NCBI GenBank assembly: GCA_043721935.1
Contig: JAYSPU010000286.1
Coordinates: 1-38,562, forward strand
Reading direction: 5' to 3'
Source of the DNA: Bacteroidota bacterium
Lineage (GTDB): Bacteria; Bacteroidota; Bacteroidia; AKYH767-A; 2013-40CM-41-45
DNA: 38,562 nucleotides
The notes under the pieces were generated by a model that was not told the DNA's origin, did not search any database, and saw only the letters and a list, made by a program, of their open reading frames with translations. Shown here one piece after another: positions 33,301 through 38,562 of the stretch; the stretch's first letter is position 1, and each line of letters opens with the position of its first letter. The translations under genes and the position numbers were made by a program.

Positions 33301-34626
33301 ATGGATTTCGAAAATGTTCTCTCGTATTTATATAGTCAGCTACCGATGTTTCATCGGATTGGTCCGGCTGCTTATAAGCCAAACCTGGACAATACCATTG
33401 CAATCATGGAAGTGTTGGGACAGCCTCAACACAAATTCAAATCTGTTCACATTGCAGGCACAAATGGAAAAGGATCTGTCTCTCATATGCTTGCAGCAAT
33501 TTTCCGGCAGGCCGGTTATAAAACAGGATTGTACACATCCCCGCATCTGATTGATTTTCGCGAGCGAATTCGTATCAACGGAGAAATGATTTCAAAAGAA
33601 TATGTAATTGATTTTGTAAGTAAATATAAAATTGATTTTGAAAAAATATCTCCAAGCTTTTTTGAATGGACAGTCGGACTTGCCTCTCAGTATTTCGCTG
33701 AACAAAAGGTAGACATTGCCATTATCGAAACAGGACTTGGCGGGCGATTAGATTCTACGAATGTAATTACACCGGAACTTTCTGTTATTACAAATATCAG
33801 TTATGACCACATGCAATTACTTGGTGATACGCTTGAAAAAATTGCAAAGGAAAAGGCAGGAATAATCAAAACAGGAATTCCTGTTGTCATTGGAGAACGT
33901 CAGGAGGAAACGGATTTTGTTTTTGAAGAAAGGGCAAGTGAAAATAAGTCAACTCTTGTTTTTGCAAGTGATCATTTTACAGCGGAGAGAATTGCCACAG
34001 ATTCAAAAGGACAAACATTAAAAATAGTTCGTGATGAAAAGGTGGTTAACGATGCATTGAAACTCGACTTGCAAGGAAACTATCAATTGAAAAATATTTG
34101 TACTGTTTTGCAGGCAGTTGAAGAATTAAAAAATATCAGTTGGCAGTTGTGTGAAGCAGATGTTTCAACTGCAATCTCTAACGTAAAGTTTACGACCGGA
34201 TTATTGGGTCGCTGGCAAGTGATTCAGGAAAAGCCTCTGACGATTTGCGACGTAGGTCATAATAAAGCAGGCATTCAATTGATAGTTGAGCAATTGAAAT
34301 TGACCGGATATAAAAAATTACATTTTATCATTGGAGTAGTGGAAGATAAGGACGTTGACAGCGTATTGAAACTATTGCCTGTGGAAGCAATTTATTATTT
34401 TACTAAAGCAAATTTGCCTCGTTCTCTGAATGAAAATTTGTTGTCAACTGCGGCCATTAATTATAAGTTGAACGGAAGTTCTTATCCATTAGTTGAAGAT
34501 GCAGTGAAAGCAAGTCTGAAAAATGCAGCCGCAGACGATTTAATTTTTATCGGTGGAAGTACGTTTGTAGTCGGCGAAGCCTTAGCTTTTTTTCAAACAG
34601 ACAATTTTTTTTCAGAGAAAGGCTGA
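33301..34626 (+). CDS. folC: Bifunctional folylpolyglutamate synthase / dihydrofolate synthase
   Basis: P-loop HIAGTNGKGS, TSPHL, Mur-ligase-type middle and C-terminal domains. I prefer the ATG at 33301 (MDFENVLSYLY) over the TTG at 33271 in the ORF track. Confidence 0.9.
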   Translation: MDFENVLSYLYSQLPMFHRIGPAAYKPNLDNTIAIMEVLGQPQHKFKSVHIAGTNGKGSVSHMLAAIFRQAGYKTGLYTSPHLIDFRERIRINGEMISKEYVIDFVSKYKIDFEKISPSFFEWTVGLASQYFAEQKVDIAIIETGLGGRLDSTNVITPELSVITNISYDHMQLLGDTLEKIAKEKAGIIKTGIPVVIGERQEETDFVFEERASENKSTLVFASDHFTAERIATDSKGQTLKIVRDEKVVNDALKLDLQGNYQLKNICTVLQAVEELKNISWQLCEADVSTAISNVKFTTGLLGRWQVIQEKPLTICDVGHNKAGIQLIVEQLKLTGYKKLHFIIGVVEDKDVDSVLKLLPVEAIYYFTKANLPRSLNENLLSTAAINYKLNGSSYPLVEDAVKASLKNAAADDLIFIGGSTFVVGEALAFFQTDNFFSEKG

Positions 34627-35789
34627 GCAAAGCGTTTACGTGTCCACTGTCCGATCAGGATGAAAGCAATTAATTCACCAATACGCAGGAATGAAATAAA
34701 ATTAACTCTCGTCGAAAAGCCCGCGTAGAAGTCGAGGTATTGATCGAGTGAATTCATTGGAACCTGCATCCACATTCTATTGAAAATAAAAGTGGCAATA
34801 AGCATAACAGTGATTTCTGTCGTTGATGTGTATTTGAAAAGCGCTCCTAGCAAAATTATTTGTGCAATAAAATAATACGTCATAAAACGAGCAAGATCTC
34901 CGCCTCCAAGAAAACTAAGAAACGTTACAAAGCAGATATAGCAAACAACTATTTTTAATTGATCGGTCGGTAGGTCGCTTTTTAGTTTCGCCATTCTTTC
35001 TTTTGAAATCATCATTAAAAATGGAAGGAAATAGGCTGAAATTGTAAAAAGAAAATTCAAATTTCTTTTCGGACTAAGTAAGTATTTAAATAATCGTGAT
35101 CGTTTGCCTGACTGAGAATTTACAAATTGAATAGTATCTGTCACCGGAATCAACATTCGAGGTAAAACGACAGCTATGAATAATGCGATTCCCGTTGGAA
35201 TGGCATAGACCATTATTTTTCTCCAGCCTTTTTGCAGCAATAAGTAAAGCAGATAGCTGAACAGTGGAAGAATACCAAACTCACGGAATTGAACTGCAAT
35301 GCAACTGGTGATTAACAAGGCATAGTATCGATGCTTCAAGGCAAAATACATACTTAGTGTAATCAATGCATAAGCAAGATGATCCGGCCGGTAAATATCA
35401 AAGATGAGAAACTTCACATTCATAAATGTAAATGCAAGAACAAGCATAGACAGATAAGCGATTTTTCTTGAGCGAAAAAAATGATAGACAATCAGAAATA
35501 CGCTGAACAATTGAAGAATGCCACCAATATATGCGATCGTAGTATAAGCTTGCTCGACTGTTATTTTGAAAAATGAAATCAGCGCAGCAGCAAAAAACGG
35601 AGTTGGATAGCGATACGCAAACGGACCAATCAGTGGATCTGCTTTGAATCCATGTTCAGTCATTCCTATGTAATACTTGAAGTCCCAGGTAAATTTAATC
35701 GTATCGAGCGAATTGGTCACCAAATCAATGGCTACAACGAGAACAATTGCTGTTAAAAATGCCAATAAAAAGTCCCGTGTTTTCATCAC
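34593..35789 (-). CDS. Polytopic integral membrane protein, possibly a GT-C-type glycosyltransferase (function uncertain)
   Basis: 398 aa with about 10-11 hydrophobic segments and an early loop with acidic/aromatic residues (FTWDFKYY). Its 3' end overlaps the folC 3' end by 34 nt in convergent orientation. Confidence 0.55.
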   Translation of the reverse strand: MMKTRDFLLAFLTAIVLVVAIDLVTNSLDTIKFTWDFKYYIGMTEHGFKADPLIGPFAYRYPTPFFAAALISFFKITVEQAYTTIAYIGGILQLFSVFLIVYHFFRSRKIAYLSMLVLAFTFMNVKFLIFDIYRPDHLAYALITLSMYFALKHRYYALLITSCIAVQFREFGILPLFSYLLYLLLQKGWRKIMVYAIPTGIALFIAVVLPRMLIPVTDTIQFVNSQSGKRSRLFKYLLSPKRNLNFLFTISAYFLPFLMMISKERMAKLKSDLPTDQLKIVVCYICFVTFLSFLGGGDLARFMTYYFIAQIILLGALFKYTSTTEITVMLIATFIFNRMWMQVPMNSLDQYLDFYAGFSTRVNFISFLRIGELIAFILIGQWTRKRFAQPFSEKKLSV

Positions 35790-35826
35790 GGATACTTACG
35801 CAATCGTCTTAAATAAGTTCGCTTAA

Positions 35827-36459
35827 TTACAAGTCGTCAAATTCGTAAATAGGTTCGATATGAGTGCCTGCTTTCATTTCAAAAACGGGTTTGATTAAAC
35901 CATCATTGAGTCCATATACCCAACCGTGAAGATCAGGGCCCTTGTCATACTTCCATGCTCGCTGAATGATCGAAGTCTTTGCAAGATTCATTACTTGTTC
36001 CTGTACGTTTAATTCAACCAATCGATCAACACGTAAATCGTAATCTGAAACCGCTTCCAGTTCTTCTTGGTGAAAGCGATAAACATCTTTGATGTTTTTC
36101 AGCCATTTGTTGATGATGCCGAAGTTGTGTTTCGTCATGGCTGCTTTCACTCCTCCACAACCATAGTGGCCACATACGATAACATGTTTTACTTTCAAAT
36201 GATTTACTGCATAATCTAATACAGTCAGCACATTCAGGTCGGTGTTGACAACCATGTTGGCTACATTTCTGTGGACGAATATTTCTCCCGGTTGGGTTCC
36301 GGTTATTTCATTGGCGGGAACACGGCTGTCACTGCAGCCGATCCATAGAAATTCAGGCGTTTGCAACCCTGAAAGTCGTTTAAAAAAATCCGGATCGTCT
36401 TCCAGCTTTTCTGCAGCCCATGCTTTATTTTCAAGGAGTAATTTTTCGTAGCTAAACAT
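35827..36459 (-). CDS. Beta-class carbonic anhydrase
   Basis: 210 aa. Zinc ligand motifs CSDSRV and HYGCGG. Confidence 0.92.
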   Translation of the reverse strand: MFSYEKLLLENKAWAAEKLEDDPDFFKRLSGLQTPEFLWIGCSDSRVPANEITGTQPGEIFVHRNVANMVVNTDLNVLTVLDYAVNHLKVKHVIVCGHYGCGGVKAAMTKHNFGIINKWLKNIKDVYRFHQEELEAVSDYDLRVDRLVELNVQEQVMNLAKTSIIQRAWKYDKGPDLHGWVYGLNDGLIKPVFEMKAGTHIEPIYEFDDL

Positions 36460-36509
36460 GATGAAAGATATTAAATTTCCGGGAAGTTGAATTCGTTTTT
36501 GTATGACTG

Positions 36510-38099
36510 TCAGACTTCAACTGTTGAAGTTTTTGAATCGGATTCTATTGCTTTTGCACTAAACCCATGTTCCTTGTGCAGACTTCTTTTCAATTCCACT
36601 TTGATATTTTTTAATGGAGCATGAAGAATAAAATCTTCAATTACTTCAACGATATCCCTGTCAATGAAATCAGCCCGGCTTACATCAATTAGAACGTATG
36701 CATTAACCGGAACCTTTTCGAGTCTGTTTTTTACAATTGGTTTATTAAGGAAAGATACATCCTTTCTGAGTCTGAAAAGATATTTATTCTGATCATGAAC
36801 AACAAATACAGCACTTCTGAAATTACTTCTAAAGACAAAAAATAAACCAACGCCAATTCCAATAAATACACCTTTTAAAAGATCGGTTAATAAAATAGCC
36901 AGAATGGTAATCAGAAAAGGAACGAATTGATCCCATCCTTTTTTGTAGTACAATTTAAATAGCGATGGTTTTACCAGTTTATAACCGGTGAAAATAAGTA
37001 TGGCTGCTAAAGCTGCTTTTGGAATCAGATTTAAAACTCCCGGAATCAATGCAACGCAGGCTAAGAGAAAAAGTCCGTGATACACCGTCGACATTTTTGT
37101 TTTTGCACCCGAACTCACATTGGCAGAAGAACGAACGATGACACTAGTAATCGGAAGTCCGCCAATCAATCCTGACAACATATTTCCAATTCCCTGTGCT
37201 TTTAATTCGCGGTCCTTGTCAGTCACCCGTTGAAACGGATCCAGATCATCGATGGCTTCAATGCTTAACAATGTTTCAAGGCTGGCAACCATTGCCAGTG
37301 TTACAGCAACCGTCCATACAGCAGGATTTCCGAAGTACGACCAATCAGGAGAAATGAAAAAAGACATAAATTCTTTACCCGAAGATGCTATTGGAATATT
37401 TACCATGTGTTGCGGATCAATCATGAATTCTGAACCGGAAGATTTCATGAAATAAGAAAGAGTCCCACCAAATAAAACAACAATCAATGGCGCCGGGATA
37501 CGGGTAATCCCACGACTTGAGCCTGAGCCTAGTTTCTCCCATAGAAATTGAAATGCCAGAGAAGCGACTCCGATAACAACGGCAATCGGACTGAAGTAAT
37601 TCAATGCTTGTGAAATTCCCGAGAAAGTATTTTCGCTATTCGCCTGAAGGAATGTTTCATCCCCTTCAAAGTTTGCATCGTAACCAATCAAATGCGGAAT
37701 TTGTTTTAAGATTAAAATAATTCCAATGGCAGCCAACATTCCTTTGATAACACAATTTGGCACATAATCTCCGATCAATCCTGATTTCAAAAAGCCAAGT
37801 ATTAATTGCATAACACCGCACAGAAATACAGCAACAAGAAATGCTTCGAAAGAAGGAAGTTGCAGAATCGCTGCTGCTACGATTGCAGTGAGACCGGCAG
37901 CAGGACCGCTTACACTTAGTTCAGAGCTGCTGAAAAGTCCGATAACTATTCCACCGATGATACCGGCAATAATACCACTGAACAACGGAGCATTCGAAGC
38001 AAGTGCAACTCCCAAACACAAAGGAAGCGCAACCAGAAATACGACGATGGATGCAGGAAGGTCTGATTTAATATTTTTTGCGTAATGAATAATTTTCAT
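36510..38099 (-). CDS. SulP family inorganic anion transporter with a C-terminal STAS domain
   Basis: 529 aa. Many TM segments. SulP blocks (LVALPLCLGVALASN, GIGNMLSGLIGGLPIT). Cytoplasmic STAS-like C-terminus. Sits just upstream of the carbonic anhydrase on the same strand. Confidence 0.9.
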   Translation of the reverse strand: MKIIHYAKNIKSDLPASIVVFLVALPLCLGVALASNAPLFSGIIAGIIGGIVIGLFSSSELSVSGPAAGLTAIVAAAILQLPSFEAFLVAVFLCGVMQLILGFLKSGLIGDYVPNCVIKGMLAAIGIILILKQIPHLIGYDANFEGDETFLQANSENTFSGISQALNYFSPIAVVIGVASLAFQFLWEKLGSGSSRGITRIPAPLIVVLFGGTLSYFMKSSGSEFMIDPQHMVNIPIASSGKEFMSFFISPDWSYFGNPAVWTVAVTLAMVASLETLLSIEAIDDLDPFQRVTDKDRELKAQGIGNMLSGLIGGLPITSVIVRSSANVSSGAKTKMSTVYHGLFLLACVALIPGVLNLIPKAALAAILIFTGYKLVKPSLFKLYYKKGWDQFVPFLITILAILLTDLLKGVFIGIGVGLFFVFRSNFRSAVFVVHDQNKYLFRLRKDVSFLNKPIVKNRLEKVPVNAYVLIDVSRADFIDRDIVEVIEDFILHAPLKNIKVELKRSLHKEHGFSAKAIESDSKTSTVEV

Positions 38100-38208
38100 T
38101 TTGAAAGAAGTAATGAGAATAAATATGAACTACCCTTTAGAGGATATTCATTTTTGAATTTAAGAAAGATATATTTTATAACTAAGAAGTCGGTTGTAAT
38201 CTGCTAAT

Positions 38209-38547
38209 CTAAATGCATTCAGGAGGAGGAACAGTTCTCTCCGGATGAAAGTTCAAGTGCTCAGGTAATAAATCAAAATTGAAAGAAACATTGGAAACAG
38301 AGAATGATTTGTTTAATAACCATTCATCGTGAAAATAAAGTTTAATAGTCTTAGAGTCGCTTTTTACATTTTCCTTTTCACCGGAAGCCTCAGAATTAAA
38401 AATGGATTCTTCTTTTTGTATTTCCTTTTTCGAGTAATCAAAAACCGGAAATACCCCGGAAAAAAAGAAAATCATGAACGCAACAAGAAGCATCGCACAT
38501 GTTTTCAGTAATGGTTTTTTTAGAGATAAAAAAAGATGCAAATTCAC
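38209..38547 (-). CDS. Hypothetical small membrane-anchored protein
   Basis: 112-aa ORF with one N-terminal TM (CAMLLVAFMIFFFSGVFPVF). No recognisable motifs. Start codon uncertain. Confidence 0.35.
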   Translation of the reverse strand: MNLHLFLSLKKPLLKTCAMLLVAFMIFFFSGVFPVFDYSKKEIQKEESIFNSEASGEKENVKSDSKTIKLYFHDEWLLNKSFSVSNVSFNFDLLPEHLNFHPERTVPPPECI

Positions 38548-38562
38548 GGTGTAAAAGTGGGT

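Noticed and set aside
35827-38099. SulP transporter plus beta-carbonic anhydrase as a novel system
   Set aside because: This pairing, a putative bicarbonate or anion transporter with a carbonic anhydrase, is a well-known conserved gene neighbourhood. It is not novel.

Overview
An AT-rich chromosomal segment from a gliding, T9SS-bearing member of the Bacteroidota. Most of it is core housekeeping. The + strand carries topA, an arginase-fold gene, porP/sprF and gldK-gldL-gldM-gldN, followed by a T9SS cargo protein with three PKD-like modules. The - strand carries initiator tRNA-Met, der and tRNA-Arg(CCG). Next come era, a penicillin/AHL-acylase-family gene and a TlpA-like thioredoxin as a tight + strand operon, then a PepSY-like gene. 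The - strand then has metK, followed by gldA translationally coupled to an uncharacterised ~10-repeat secreted protein. After that come rsgA-dtd-mazG-like, a gingipain-type C25 peptidase with a T9SS C-terminal domain (CTD), and an isolated SAM-methyltransferase gene. Then an outer-membrane beta-barrel gene and an alpha/beta hydrolase on the - strand, exbB-exbD-tonB-like-folC, a polytopic membrane protein, and a beta-carbonic anhydrase paired with a SulP transporter. I see no transposase, integrase, CRISPR array, rRNA, or recognisable defence or toxin module. I could not identify a complete new multi-gene system. The unusual content is mostly non-coding. Several intergenic regions are built from short word arrays: GATCGCT-type heptamers held in a fixed 7-bp phase, TTTCC/GGAAA words, and AGTTG/CAACT words. 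These arrays sit as inverted arms around AT-rich cores. The methyltransferase gene lies inside the CAACT arrays, carries a C9 tract early in its reading frame, and is followed by a 176-bp nested palindrome. Other points worth a second look are an arginase-fold protein with apparently degenerate metal ligands next to the T9SS genes, the gldA-coupled repeat protein, a 22-bp exact repeat bracketing the PKD cargo gene, and two long non-coding regions with internal direct repeats. Product calls come from motifs I recognise by eye. No searches or computations were run.
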